A model generated the notes under the pieces. It was not told the origin of the DNA. It saw nothing but the letters and a program-made list of their open reading frames with translations, and did not search any database. Both the position numbers and the translations under genes were made by a program. From NCBI GenBank assembly GCA_965215825.1, contig CBDCEM010000002.1:1614504-1678503 (forward strand): 64,000 nucleotides of DNA. The letters are read 5' to 3'. Of the stretch, positions 38,188 to 49,156 are shown piece after piece; within the stretch, counting starts at the first letter, position 1, and each line of letters opens with the position of its first letter. The DNA is from Cyclobacteriaceae bacterium (GTDB lineage: Bacteria > Bacteroidota > Bacteroidia > Cytophagales > Cyclobacteriaceae).

Positions 38188-39855
38188 TTAATCTTGCTTC
38201 TGTTCGAAAATATGGGTGGCGTAATTGATGTTCCAGGCATCTAGAAGTGGGCGTATGTTCGTAGCACGCTCAATAAATTTTTCATAATTCTGATTGTCCT
38301 TTTGGGACCAGAGTACCTCAGACATGGCCAACGCTCTTGGGTATACCATGTATTCCGCATGTTCTGACGAGGTGATATATTCTGACCATAAGTTGCATTG
38401 TGCACCTAGCACTAATGCTTCCTGTTCTGGCGAGAGGCCATTTGGAACGGGCTCATACTGATAGACTTTTTCAACGGTAGTTAATCGTTTTATGGCCAAA
38501 GGTTCTGTTTCCATATCCGCCTGATAGTAATCGAAATAACACCATTCTCCAGGGGTCATGATTACCTGATGATCCAATTGGGCCGCTGCAATACCTCCTT
38601 CTTCACCACGCCAGCTCATCACAATGGCATTGGGAGCCAAACCACCTTCCAGGATTTCATCCCATCCAATGATGGATTTTCCTCGACTATTGAGAAACTT
38701 TTCCATGCGCTGAACAAAGTAGCTTTGCAACTCTCCTTCATCGGAAAGCCCCTCTGCGGCGATTCTTTTCTTACAGTGAGGGCAGGCTTCCCATCTGGAT
38801 TTAGGAGCTTCATCACCGCCAATATGAACGTATGGCCCGGGAAATAACGGCAGTACCTCATCAAATACATTTTCAAGAAATTTGAATGTAGATTCCTGGC
38901 CGGCACAATAGATATCCTGAAAAACACCCCAGGTTGTGGCCGTTTCGTATGGGCCACTGGTACAACCCAGGTGTGGATAGGCGGCTAGTGCCGCTCGGGC
39001 ATGTCCCGGAAGTTCAATTTCTGGAATGACCATGACATACCTTTCTTTCGCATAGGCCACAATTTCTTTCACCTCTTCCTGCGTATAGTAACCACCGTAA
39101 GGCTTTCCGTCATAAGTGGCCTGTGCGCGAGTGCGAGTTGTCGTGTATCCAATTGCGGTTTCTGCACGATAGGCGCCCTTGGTTTGTAGTTCCGGATACT
39201 GTTTGATTTCTATTCTCCAGCCTTGATCTTCTGTCAAATGCCAATGGAACCGATTGAATTTGAACCGGGACATCATATCGATGTATTTCTTGATGAAATC
39301 TACAGGAAACATGTGGCGTCCCACGTCCAAATGCATGCCGCGGTAACCGAACCTAGGAGCATCAGAAACTTTGAGGAAAGGAACATTCGGGCCTGAGGTA
39401 GATAAGATCTGGATTAAACTTTGCGTCCCATAAAACAGTCCGGAACCTGAGGAGGCCTTGATCACGATCCCAACTTCATTGATTGTCATGTCATAAGCCT
39501 CAGCTGCCAGGTCTGGGTTTTTAGAAGAGGTGAGCCGTATGGTTGTTTGATTTTTGCTTCCCTTGCCGATAGATGCTTCCTTTCCGGAATTGGAAAAGTG
39601 CTCTAACAGCAACGTTGCTATCGCTATTTCTTCCTGGGATTCAGCAACAATACTGAAGGAGTTCTTCAAGGGTAGCTGACCCGCTTGAGTTGTGAAGAGT
39701 TTTGGTGCAGGTACAATTGAGGGTATAGCATTTGTAAGACCTTGATCAGGAGAAGAACAGGAGCATACCGATATGATCCCCAATAAAAATACAAAGCCCC
39801 GGAACAAATAGGAAGACATATAACGCCTGGTTTTATTCCAGTGGAAATTACTCAA
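38188..39855 (-). CDS. Beta-N-acetylhexosaminidase (GH20)
   Basis: Catalytic block …HIGGDEAPK… with the D-E pair, an N-terminal GH20b-like domain, and a signal peptide. Confidence 0.8.
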   Translation of the reverse strand: MSNFHWNKTRRYMSSYLFRGFVFLLGIISVCSCSSPDQGLTNAIPSIVPAPKLFTTQAGQLPLKNSFSIVAESQEEIAIATLLLEHFSNSGKEASIGKGSKNQTTIRLTSSKNPDLAAEAYDMTINEVGIVIKASSGSGLFYGTQSLIQILSTSGPNVPFLKVSDAPRFGYRGMHLDVGRHMFPVDFIKKYIDMMSRFKFNRFHWHLTEDQGWRIEIKQYPELQTKGAYRAETAIGYTTTRTRAQATYDGKPYGGYYTQEEVKEIVAYAKERYVMVIPEIELPGHARAALAAYPHLGCTSGPYETATTWGVFQDIYCAGQESTFKFLENVFDEVLPLFPGPYVHIGGDEAPKSRWEACPHCKKRIAAEGLSDEGELQSYFVQRMEKFLNSRGKSIIGWDEILEGGLAPNAIVMSWRGEEGGIAAAQLDHQVIMTPGEWCYFDYYQADMETEPLAIKRLTTVEKVYQYEPVPNGLSPEQEALVLGAQCNLWSEYITSSEHAEYMVYPRALAMSEVLWSQKDNQNYEKFIERATNIRPLLDAWNINYATHIFEQKQD

Positions 39856-39928
39856 ATAACCATAGGATTCAGGGGAATGAAATGGATACCCACCCTGAAT
39901 GAGCCGATGACCCGTTTTGTTTGGTCAA

Positions 39929-41461
39929 TTAGTCGAACCAATCAAAGCCTCCACCACCCTCATCACTTCCGCTCTCTCGGACAACCATAGAGGCATAAGC
40001 CGAGCGTAGCCTAACATTGAACGCTCTTAGAGAAAAGTCGGGATGAAACAGGAAACCAATCGGTAATGCCATTGCCTGATCCAGGAATCCCGTGTCAACC
40101 AAAGCATTGTAGAAGTTGGTGAGTCGCTTTTCGAAATCTGGGATTAATAGAACATGAGGAGTGAGTTTTGGTAAAACCTTTGGAATATCGGAGGGGTCAT
40201 AGATTCCTTGCCCTATGAAATCAGCTTGTTCTTGTTCGACATCTTTTAGTCTTTTCTGAAGCTCTTTTCCTTTTGGGGTCAATCTAAATGTATTTGTGAG
40301 ATAACCTAATTTGGTTAAGTGACCTGATCTGAACAGACCTTTTATAACATAGTCTTTTCGATATACCAAGAATTTACTAAACCCATTATAAATCTGGTGT
40401 AGGTAAGGCTTCAATGGTTCTGGAGTGGTATTTAATTCCAGGAAAAAAGGAGCTTCATCTATTTTGAACGAGGCACTGGAATCAAATTTTTCTCCTGGCG
40501 AAACATAAAACTCAACCACTCTTCTGCGATCGTAATCCGTATTATCAATTTTCAGGTTGATCTTTTTTTTGATGATTTGTTCATAGAAGGTCAACTCCAT
40601 CAAATGTTCCGTGTTTGATGAAGATCGAACTAGCCATAGCATTTGACCTAGCGTGGGTTTAACGTCTTCTGTGTTGAATTCTCTTAGCGAGAAGGCGTCC
40701 AAAATGACTGTGATCAAAAAGGATATCAATACCAGAATAGGGTAGAAGGTCACCCAGAATGTGATAAAAACTAACCATCCACCTGTCGCAATGTGTTGAA
40801 GTATAAGGTAACTACCTCCAAAGAGCAGAAGGGCTCCCGTTAACATGATCACCCAGGTTGGTAATCGGGAAACCCCATAAAAAGAGCGAGCCTCGTATTT
40901 ATTTTGGATTCTTTCCTTCTTTATCCTGTACGTGATGGCGGAAATGATAAATACCCCCAGGAATATCCACAGGATTGTGACAGCCCTGGGATCAAATCTC
41001 TCAAGTTGTTCTCTTTCCCTTTGTTGTTGTTCCCTTACCTGCTTTTGTTGATTAAGTGTTGATCTCACTTCTGCAAGTGTTGTGATTAGGTTTGAGACAA
41101 TAGGTGATCCTTCTTTTATTGGAACGTTTAGAAACTGAAAGAAAACTTGTTCAAAGAACGTTTTTCTAAGAGCACTGACGTCTGCTGTTTTTACTACTAC
41201 AGAAGAGTCCGAACGATTGATCAATACCTGTACAATTCCAGAAACATTACCTGTTACTTGTTTAGGTTCCGCAATCTCCTGGTATTCGCTAAAGAAATAG
41301 ATTTGAAAATTGATGCCGTGCGTTTGTTGAATTTCGTCACATTGGGACTGTAATTGCTGAATTTCCTGGTCAGTTAGAATTCCATCTAAATCAGAAAGAA
41401 TTGTACTGTTAGCTTTTACTAATACTAAAAAGACCAATAATGCCGTAAATAGTGTTTTCAT
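39929..41461 (-). CDS. Membrane protein with a putative N-terminal TPM-like domain
   Basis: The ATG at 41461 gives a clean signal peptide (MKTLFTALLVFLVLVKA). The longer ORF-track start would overlap the next gene. Five predicted TM helices in the middle, then a C-terminal soluble domain. Confidence 0.4.
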   Translation of the reverse strand: MKTLFTALLVFLVLVKANSTILSDLDGILTDQEIQQLQSQCDEIQQTHGINFQIYFFSEYQEIAEPKQVTGNVSGIVQVLINRSDSSVVVKTADVSALRKTFFEQVFFQFLNVPIKEGSPIVSNLITTLAEVRSTLNQQKQVREQQQREREQLERFDPRAVTILWIFLGVFIISAITYRIKKERIQNKYEARSFYGVSRLPTWVIMLTGALLLFGGSYLILQHIATGGWLVFITFWVTFYPILVLISFLITVILDAFSLREFNTEDVKPTLGQMLWLVRSSSNTEHLMELTFYEQIIKKKINLKIDNTDYDRRRVVEFYVSPGEKFDSSASFKIDEAPFFLELNTTPEPLKPYLHQIYNGFSKFLVYRKDYVIKGLFRSGHLTKLGYLTNTFRLTPKGKELQKRLKDVEQEQADFIGQGIYDPSDIPKVLPKLTPHVLLIPDFEKRLTNFYNALVDTGFLDQAMALPIGFLFHPDFSLRAFNVRLRSAYASMVVRESGSDEGGGGFDWFD

Positions 41462-41486
41462 AAATAGTTGTCTTTGATTAGTTGCT

Positions 41487-42593
41487 TTAAAACGCCTCTG
41501 CAACACTAATATAGAAGCCCGAGGTGTTTTCGCCAAAACCGATATCAAATCGTAGATTGAGTCGTTCTTTTTCGTCTACTTTCATACGAAGACCTCCTCC
41601 GAAAGAAGGTTTTAGATCTCGGATCCGAAAATCATTAAGCCGATTGAGGACGTTTCCATAACCCACGAAACCAGCTGCTCCCAATCTCCAGAAAAGGGGT
41701 ACCCGATATTCGATCTGAGTCGCTATCAGGTGTTGGTCCCTGAACCGTCCAAAATAATAGCCTCGCATAATTGAATTTCCACCTAATAGAGAGAGTTGCC
41801 GGAAGGGTGCGGTTCCTTCGATAAAGTTGCCAAGAAATTGAACGGCGATGATATCGTCGCGTGATTTGAAAGGACGGAAATAGTCCCGGATATCGATCCT
41901 GTAATTCGAATACTGAAACTCACCGCCAAGTACTTTCCCATGAAAAAATGCCGAGAAAAGGAAATAATACCCCTGAAAGCAATTGTTGATGTTATCCCTT
42001 TTATCCAGGACAAAAACGGGACCAATACCTGCGACTTTTGATCCATTAAATCCTGCAACCCGGCTAGTTTCCAATATTCCTCCATCAGTCAATTCCAGAT
42101 CATACCGATGAAAATATCTGAATTCAGCACCGGCAAAAAAGCCGGGCACCACCTGCTTTAAAACCCGTTGGGTGAATCGGAAGAATTGATACGAGATCCG
42201 CTCTTCATTGGAATCAGGAGCGTCCTGACCAACACCATAGTACAACTCAGGAAATTTGACATACCTCACCTGGCCTGAAAAAGAAAACTGCTCAGCATAC
42301 GTGAAAAACTGATACCTGGTCGAGAAAATTGCCTGATTCTTAGTGGTGTAGAGACCCAGTCCCCCAATTTGAGATGATCTTGAAATGGTGTCTTTCCTGT
42401 TGAACTTAAATACACGGAAAGTCGCACCTCCGAATCCTAATCCATTCTCTGGAGAGTAATTTATGGCAGGGATGGCGATCCAGGTGCCGTTTTTCATGCG
42501 TTTTTCCTTGATCTGGCCAAAGCCCACAAGGCATGTCATCAAGCACCAAAGAGTTAATAAGACTTTCACGAAAGCGTTTGGATCAATCGACAA
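41487..42593 (-). CDS. Outer-membrane beta-barrel protein (Omp85/BamA-like fold suspected)
   Basis: 368 aa with alternating hydrophobic beta-strand periodicity, aromatic girdle residues and a C-terminal F. The N-terminus is signal-like. Confidence 0.45.
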   Translation of the reverse strand: MSIDPNAFVKVLLTLWCLMTCLVGFGQIKEKRMKNGTWIAIPAINYSPENGLGFGGATFRVFKFNRKDTISRSSQIGGLGLYTTKNQAIFSTRYQFFTYAEQFSFSGQVRYVKFPELYYGVGQDAPDSNEERISYQFFRFTQRVLKQVVPGFFAGAEFRYFHRYDLELTDGGILETSRVAGFNGSKVAGIGPVFVLDKRDNINNCFQGYYFLFSAFFHGKVLGGEFQYSNYRIDIRDYFRPFKSRDDIIAVQFLGNFIEGTAPFRQLSLLGGNSIMRGYYFGRFRDQHLIATQIEYRVPLFWRLGAAGFVGYGNVLNRLNDFRIRDLKPSFGGGLRMKVDEKERLNLRFDIGFGENTSGFYISVAEAF

Positions 42594-42610
42594 GATAAGT
42601 CCAAAAGATT

Positions 42611-43318
42611 GTGTTGTGCAAAAATGTATGTCTCGTCGGTGATCAATACGGTATTAAATGGGGGAAACCTTTTCTGAAGTTGTATGGTATTGAGAACATA
42701 CCTTGTAGATTTTCGCCTGGAGGCATTAATTTTAACCTTATGAGAGCCTTTCTCCCTTTCGTGGTATTTGTTTTGGTATTGGCTGCCTGTGTAGATCCGG
42801 TAGAGAATCGTGTTGATAAGGAAAGTGCCCGTGCTGACTTGCTGGCATTGGAAGCTTTGGGAAATGACCAATACATTACGACTTCTACCAATAAAGGACA
42901 GGTAAGCGCTTCGAAAGAGGGCAACGTAGTAACACTAACCATCGAACTGGATGGATTTTCTGCTAATACTTCTCACGCCATCCATTTGCACAATGGTTCC
43001 TGCGAAGATCCCGGAGCTCATTGGAATCAAAATTCAAGTCGGAGTTTCTGTGCAGAGGAAAGCTTGGGTGTACAATGGCGAAAATCATATGCCGGAGATA
43101 TAGGTAATATCTCAACGGATAGTAAAGGAAATGGCTTCTTGAGATTGAGTACTGACCTTTGGACTTTAAATACTGGCCTGGATTCTGATATATTAAATAA
43201 AGTATTGGTGATTCACGAGCGAGCGGAGGATTTTGGCCCGGAATGTTTCATTCTTACGGCCCATGATCACGATGGGAATTCCAAAATTGCCTGTGGACGA
43301 ATCCAGCTGCTGGATTGA
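42611..43318 (+). CDS. Cu/Zn superoxide-dismutase-like lipoprotein
   Basis: His clusters AIHLHNGSCEDPGAHWN and VIHERAEDFG resemble the SodC metal sites. A lipobox (LVLAACVD) appears if translation starts at the ATG near 42740. Confidence 0.55.
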   Translation: MLCKNVCLVGDQYGIKWGKPFLKLYGIENIPCRFSPGGINFNLMRAFLPFVVFVLVLAACVDPVENRVDKESARADLLALEALGNDQYITTSTNKGQVSASKEGNVVTLTIELDGFSANTSHAIHLHNGSCEDPGAHWNQNSSRSFCAEESLGVQWRKSYAGDIGNISTDSKGNGFLRLSTDLWTLNTGLDSDILNKVLVIHERAEDFGPECFILTAHDHDGNSKIACGRIQLLD

Positions 43319-43718
43319 TTTCCGATTTCGATCAGTACGCGGTGTTTTTAAAAAGTCTTTAAAACCCGGTTTCAAGCTTGTTTGACTTAATTTCACCCAA
43401 ACACATCACTGTGGTGTAAGCGCCTAAAACGGCAATTAGCGTTCATTGCTGAAGATTCCCCGTTCACCTCCAATCCTTCCTGTTCAACGCAATTAGTAAA
43501 TAAGAGACATTTGTTATGGCGTAATTTGGATTACCAAGTTATGACACAGAAGATGAAAAAATTCAGTTTAGAATCCATGGTTAGAGATGTAGCGTTTGAA
43601 TTCGGCGAAAGCCTGTGGAGATATTTCCACATGCGAGAAAGACGATTCCGTACATTCTAAAAATTGGATTTAGATGCCATGGGTCTCAACCAGTGACCCG
43701 TAGACATTTTTCGAGCCC

Positions 43719-44987
43719 TTACTTCTCTCGAAGTAAAAGCTCCATGAGCCTAATTGCTGCCACTTCCCCCTTTCTTTTAAGAAAAGCCCGATCTGTATTA
43801 TCTCCTAATTCGAAAACCAGGGCTGCCATATCATAATTCCTGAAAAAGAAGTTTCTAGATACTAAAGTAGGATCCATCCTTTGTGAAGGTTTGATATTTG
43901 GTGTGTAATTCGGAAGATCGTTATCAATCTGTTGTAACCACTCGTACATAATTCCTCCTCTGTTAGCGGTGAAACTAGAATCTACTGTGTAATAGATGTC
44001 GTCCCACGTAGAATGGAAGTCGACGCCAAAGACGAATGATTCTCCATCTGCGGCTTTCCTGGCCAGAAAGTTTTTGACATTGGTCGTTTCAGGCTGATTG
44101 AAATCGTACCAGTCTCTGTTTAAGTCGATACCTCCCATGTTGTGCCGCCAATGACCATTGTCAACACCATCGGGATTCATTAAGGGCACGACGTGTGTGG
44201 AGAATTTCTTTCTGAATTTTTTTGCTGTTGAATTGTCAGACAGTAAAGTCTCGACGAAAGATTTCATGGCTAAATACCCTGTAACCTCTGGCGGGTGCTG
44301 TCTGGAAATGACCATTAAGCTTTTGTTGGATTTACCTTTTCCGATAGTCACCACGTGCATATCTCTGCCTTCTTTGGACTTTCCAAGTACTTGTTGACTG
44401 ACATCTTCGTGACGGCTAATGCCATCGATCCAGGCTTTCACATGAGTGGAATTTGTGATTTCCTGTGCGGCAATCCAGGTTGGGTTTTCATCAATGTCCA
44501 AAGTGATGCGGATACTCTCTGGTTGAGCACCCATGCCAAAAGCACCTTCTCCCATATTAAAGGGTTCGTACCTTGTAGTGTCCAGTGGTTGCCAGGAAAG
44601 CCCATTTGGGTCTCTGCTAATTTTAGGATAATAACGGCTCCTAGAATTTTCATAAGTGATATGAACCTTGATGGTTCTTGATGTTTTGGACCAAACCTTG
44701 AAGGCATACCAGGGACTAGGATTGATGGGTATATTTTCCGCTGAAATAACGATCGTAAACAGGTCTTCTGCATTTTGAGAAACACCATTCAAACGAGCGC
44801 CATCAAAGTCATTGCTAAAAAAGACCTGACCGGAATCCAATTCCCAGGTCCCTTTCCATTGTTTGATGATTGGTCTTGATTCAGTGGGAACTACCTGGGC
44901 TGGTGCCTGTCCTTGAAAAGTTGGGGTTTGAGCAGAAACACTACTAAGGACGAGGATGCTTAACAAAAGGAAATAAGGAATTCTCAT
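43719..44987 (-). CDS. M14-family zinc carboxypeptidase-like secreted protein
   Basis: Signal peptide, plus a …SRQHPPEVTGY… block similar to the carboxypeptidase HxxE zinc site. 422 aa. Confidence 0.5.
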   Translation of the reverse strand: MRIPYFLLLSILVLSSVSAQTPTFQGQAPAQVVPTESRPIIKQWKGTWELDSGQVFFSNDFDGARLNGVSQNAEDLFTIVISAENIPINPSPWYAFKVWSKTSRTIKVHITYENSRSRYYPKISRDPNGLSWQPLDTTRYEPFNMGEGAFGMGAQPESIRITLDIDENPTWIAAQEITNSTHVKAWIDGISRHEDVSQQVLGKSKEGRDMHVVTIGKGKSNKSLMVISRQHPPEVTGYLAMKSFVETLLSDNSTAKKFRKKFSTHVVPLMNPDGVDNGHWRHNMGGIDLNRDWYDFNQPETTNVKNFLARKAADGESFVFGVDFHSTWDDIYYTVDSSFTANRGGIMYEWLQQIDNDLPNYTPNIKPSQRMDPTLVSRNFFFRNYDMAALVFELGDNTDRAFLKRKGEVAAIRLMELLLREK

Positions 44988-45018
44988 ACCCCTAAGTTAA
45001 GCACCAGTCGATTAACCC

Positions 45019-48000
45019 TTAACCCTGGGCCATAATTCTCTTAGGGTTGGTGAACCATTTGTAGAGTACCGGGATCACTAAAAGTGTGAGTAAAGTAGAA
45101 GAAATCATGCCACCAATAATCGTCCACCCCAAAGGCGACCATAGACCGGACGATGAGAAGGTCAATGGAGCTAACCCTAAAATCGTTGTAGTTGTGGTCA
45201 ATAGAATGGGTGTGAATCGGGTTTGACAAGCCAGGTTGATGGCTGCTGATAAATCCTTTCCCGACCGGATCTGTTGATTAGCGAAATCTACGAGGATAAT
45301 GGAATTATTTACGACGATGCCTACCAGGCTGATGAATCCTACAAATGCAAAGAAGGAGAAGGACCAGCCTGTGAGGAACAGGGCCACAAAGGACCCAGTA
45401 ATGGCCAGAGGAACAGCGGCAAAAACGATCATCGGTTGCTGAAAGGACCGGAATTGTAAGACGAGCACTGCAAAAATTCCAATCATTGCGATGATCAGTA
45501 GGGTTCCCAGGTCACCGAATGAATCCTGTTGCCCTTCGTATTCCCCTCCGACATAGTAAGAATAGCCTTCAGGAAACTCCATTTTTTCAATTTCTGCAAT
45601 GATTGATTCTGAGATTTGAGTGATTTCTTCAGCCACTTTGACATTGGCAGTCACGGAAGTGCTTCGATCTGTATTGAAATGTAGGATTTCTGAAATGGCC
45701 GGTTTAAACTCAATATTGGCTACTTGTCGGATGGGTAACTGATCTCCAAATTGATTGGACAAATACAACTTATTGAGGCTACTCAGATTGGCTTCCGCCG
45801 CATCCGTTTGAACCCGGAGGTCATACTCCTCATTGTTCATGGAGATCTCATCGATGGTCAGGCCATCTACTCCAACACGAGCGGCCCGGTCAATTGAAGC
45901 CAAAGAAACTGCTGCCAGTCCTGCCTTATCACGGTTAATTGCGATTTGGATGTCCGTTTTATTGACACTAAGTGGGTTGTCTATGTCCAGCGTACCGGGT
46001 GTTTTTTCAATAATCTCCTCCACTTGGAAAGAGAGTGTTCTCAATACCTCCAGGTCATCTCCAATAATTCGAATCTCAACAGGAGCTTCAAAAGGAGGGC
46101 CATTCTTCAACTCAGCGAACGTGATACGGGTATCCGGATATTGCGAAAAAGCAAGCCTTAAATTCTCCAGGGTTGGGTAAAATTTCACAGGATCCCAACT
46201 TTCAAAGTTGACCAAAATCTGTCCGTGATATTTCTTAAATCGTTCATTGGGTCGATTGTAGTAGATCATAGGATTACCATGGCCTGTGTTGGAAACGTAC
46301 TTGCTTACGAATTGTGTGGTATCCAATATTTGTTCAACATAGCTGACACCTTTTGCAGTTCGGGCCAGACTACTGCCCCGGGGAGCATCTACCTCAATGA
46401 GCAACATGGGTTTGTCCGCATTAGGGAAGAAGCTGACCCCAACTTTTGGGAACAACATAAAAGAGCCAAAAAGACTAAGAAATCCGATCAAGATGACCAG
46501 CCACCCTCTTTTCAATGCTCCTCCCAACACAGGCATGTAAGCTTGCTCAATGAATCGATCCAGTTGTTGTTTGAACCAGGAACCTTTTTGTGCTTGCTTT
46601 TGACGGAGCAATTTGCCGCCCATAAGGGGTGTTAATGTCAAGGCAAGTACCAGTGAAACAATCAATGTGAAAATGACTGTGAGAGGCAAGGTTCGTAAGA
46701 ATTCTCCAGGGCCACTTTCCATCAACGCCAATGGATAAAAAGCAAGGAGAGTCGTCGCTGTTGAACTAACCACCGCCCAGCCTACCTCGCCGGTTCCTTT
46801 GATGGCAGCATCCTTTAGTGAATGTCCCATTTGAAGGTATCGTTGAATATTTTCAACCACTACGATGCCATTGTCCACCAGTAACCCCAAAGCCAGGACC
46901 AATGCTGCAATTGAAATTTGTTGTAAAGCATATCCAGATAAATCCAGCATACCAATCGCCATGATGATTGCCAGTGGAATTACCGTCATGATGATGACCG
47001 AAGGCCGGAAACCAAGAAAGATAAAAATCACCACCCCTACCAGAAAGACTCCTTGCAAGAGGTTGCCAAAAAACTCATTGATCCGACTCTGAACGGCAGG
47101 AGCTTGCTCGAAAACGGTTTCCAGAAAGACGTCTTCAGGTAATTTCGACTGAAAATCAGTAAGTGTGCTGTTGATGTTTTGACCCACCTGGACCAGATTA
47201 TTACCTGATTTTTGTGTGATCGTTAATAGGATGGCCCTACGACCCTCATATTTAGCGATCCAATTGTCCTCGGCGTAATCAAACTTCACTTCGGCAACGT
47301 CCCCCAGATGTACCAAATGATCGGAGGTAGTTGCCAACACGGTACTTCGAATCTGTTCCAGACTTTTAAAGCTTCCGGAAGATTGAATGCTGAATGACCG
47401 CTGACCAGCTGAGACATCTCCAGCAGGTATATTCAGGTTTTCCGTTTGCAGTATCTGAAGTAGCTGGTCTAGGGAGATATTGAAAGCTGAAAGCCGTTGA
47501 AAATCGAGTGTTACTTTGATGATTTCATCGGGATAAGCCAGTGTTTCTACATCATCCACACCCTGTACTTTTTCAATTTCACGCTCAAGGTCTTCGGCCC
47601 AATTCACCAATTCTTTGAAACTTCGGTCTGCGGAGCCCATTGCAATTTCCTGAATCTTGACCCGCGTATTAGGCTCATATTTGGTGATGTCCAGTGAAAA
47701 CAGATCTGGCAGATCCGGTTCTACACTTTTCACTACCCGTACAATTTCGTCGAGCTTTTCTTCCACATCCATGCCGAATTCGCCCTCCATTGATATCACA
47801 ACTACTCCTTCCTCTATTTGTGTTTCGATTTTCACGATATCATCGACTTGATCCAAAACCTCTTCCAGCGGATCGGCGATTAACTCCTCCATGTCCTCCG
47901 GACTGGTGCCGGGGTAGATGGCGGCTATGTTGAAGAAAGGGAAAGAAGGGTTAGGGTCTTCACTCCTTGGCATCGTTCGTAGCGAGGAAATGCCAAGGAA

Positions 48001-48066
48001 GATTCCAAGCATGATCACGATGATCACAAACTGGTAATTCTTAAGTGCTAATCCTGGTAATTTCAT
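45019..48066 (-). CDS. RND efflux permease (AcrB/HAE1-like)
   Basis: 1015 aa, 12 TM helices, two large periplasmic loops. Confidence 0.9.
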   Translation of the reverse strand: MKLPGLALKNYQFVIIVIMLGIFLGISSLRTMPRSEDPNPSFPFFNIAAIYPGTSPEDMEELIADPLEEVLDQVDDIVKIETQIEEGVVVISMEGEFGMDVEEKLDEIVRVVKSVEPDLPDLFSLDITKYEPNTRVKIQEIAMGSADRSFKELVNWAEDLEREIEKVQGVDDVETLAYPDEIIKVTLDFQRLSAFNISLDQLLQILQTENLNIPAGDVSAGQRSFSIQSSGSFKSLEQIRSTVLATTSDHLVHLGDVAEVKFDYAEDNWIAKYEGRRAILLTITQKSGNNLVQVGQNINSTLTDFQSKLPEDVFLETVFEQAPAVQSRINEFFGNLLQGVFLVGVVIFIFLGFRPSVIIMTVIPLAIIMAIGMLDLSGYALQQISIAALVLALGLLVDNGIVVVENIQRYLQMGHSLKDAAIKGTGEVGWAVVSSTATTLLAFYPLALMESGPGEFLRTLPLTVIFTLIVSLVLALTLTPLMGGKLLRQKQAQKGSWFKQQLDRFIEQAYMPVLGGALKRGWLVILIGFLSLFGSFMLFPKVGVSFFPNADKPMLLIEVDAPRGSSLARTAKGVSYVEQILDTTQFVSKYVSNTGHGNPMIYYNRPNERFKKYHGQILVNFESWDPVKFYPTLENLRLAFSQYPDTRITFAELKNGPPFEAPVEIRIIGDDLEVLRTLSFQVEEIIEKTPGTLDIDNPLSVNKTDIQIAINRDKAGLAAVSLASIDRAARVGVDGLTIDEISMNNEEYDLRVQTDAAEANLSSLNKLYLSNQFGDQLPIRQVANIEFKPAISEILHFNTDRSTSVTANVKVAEEITQISESIIAEIEKMEFPEGYSYYVGGEYEGQQDSFGDLGTLLIIAMIGIFAVLVLQFRSFQQPMIVFAAVPLAITGSFVALFLTGWSFSFFAFVGFISLVGIVVNNSIILVDFANQQIRSGKDLSAAINLACQTRFTPILLTTTTTILGLAPLTFSSSGLWSPLGWTIIGGMISSTLLTLLVIPVLYKWFTNPKRIMAQG

Positions 48067-48091
48067 GATTTCTGGAATCTAAGGTTAAGGA

Positions 48092-49153
48092 TCAATCGAG
48101 CGTTTCAAATACTTCACCTTCTCTTAGGAAAGAGGCGCCTTCAGTAAGAATGCTTGGCTGAGATTGAGAAAATGCTGAAACAGCGGTCGTGAAATAGTCT
48201 TCGCCTATATAGTCCGGGGTGATCAGTAACCGTTGGGTGGTTTTCCCATTGGGAACATAGATGGCTACCTGTTCTTCCAGTCCTTCGATAATGGCATGCA
48301 TGGGTATTTTATAATATGCCTGTTGCAGGGAGGGATAGATGGTTGCTTTAGAAAAGAAACCACTTTTCAATTCATAAGGAAAATTTTCAACTGTCAATTC
48401 CACTTCGAATGTTCCCGTCCTGGGGTGTCCTTCGGCTGCAATTTCAGTAACCCGCGCTTGTGCTTCTATCCCTTGATAAGCGTCAATAGCGAGCGTAGCT
48501 CGGTCACCTAGTCTTAATTTTACTACATCCCGATCCGCCAGACTGATGGTAAGACTCATGCCAGCTTGTTGTGAAGCAATTGTGAAAATGGGTTGGCCAG
48601 GATTTACAAGTTCCCCCTCCTCGGCCATTTTTTGCTGGATCACACCGGGAACAGGAGCAATAATTTGACTGTAGGATTGATTGAAGGCGGCAATCTTTAG
48701 CTGTGATTGGGCAACCTCAAGCCCTGTTTCTATGTCCTGGACGCTTTGCAAAGTGGCTGCCGAATCCGCATACAATCGGCGAAACCTTCCCAGGTCGCGT
48801 TCCAATTTATCAACATTGGCCTGCGCCTGACGCACCTGTGCGTCGATCTCGGACAAATCCAATGTAGCAAGGACTTGTCCCTTTTTCACATACACACCCT
48901 CCCGTATACTCATTGAGTTAATGATGCCACCTGTTTTGAAGGACAACCTGATACGTTCAAGGGATTTGATTTTGCCGGAGGCAAAGACAGGTAGCGGATC
49001 CGTACTCTGTTTCAATTGCACCACCTTCGCCTTTTTGGTAGTGGGGATAACAATGGGGTTCTTCACGTACTCTTGCTTGCATGCGACTAGCACAACAACG
49101 AAAGAGAGGATGAGTAACTTTTTCATATAGAGGAAATTGAAGGTCTTAATCAC
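48092..49153 (-). CDS. RND periplasmic adaptor (membrane fusion protein)
   Basis: Lipoprotein-type N-terminus (…VLVACKQ), a coiled-coil hairpin, and lipoyl and beta-barrel domains. Confidence 0.85.
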   Translation of the reverse strand: MIKTFNFLYMKKLLILSFVVVLVACKQEYVKNPIVIPTTKKAKVVQLKQSTDPLPVFASGKIKSLERIRLSFKTGGIINSMSIREGVYVKKGQVLATLDLSEIDAQVRQAQANVDKLERDLGRFRRLYADSAATLQSVQDIETGLEVAQSQLKIAAFNQSYSQIIAPVPGVIQQKMAEEGELVNPGQPIFTIASQQAGMSLTISLADRDVVKLRLGDRATLAIDAYQGIEAQARVTEIAAEGHPRTGTFEVELTVENFPYELKSGFFSKATIYPSLQQAYYKIPMHAIIEGLEEQVAIYVPNGKTTQRLLITPDYIGEDYFTTAVSAFSQSQPSILTEGASFLREGEVFETLD

Positions 49154-49156
49154 GGT

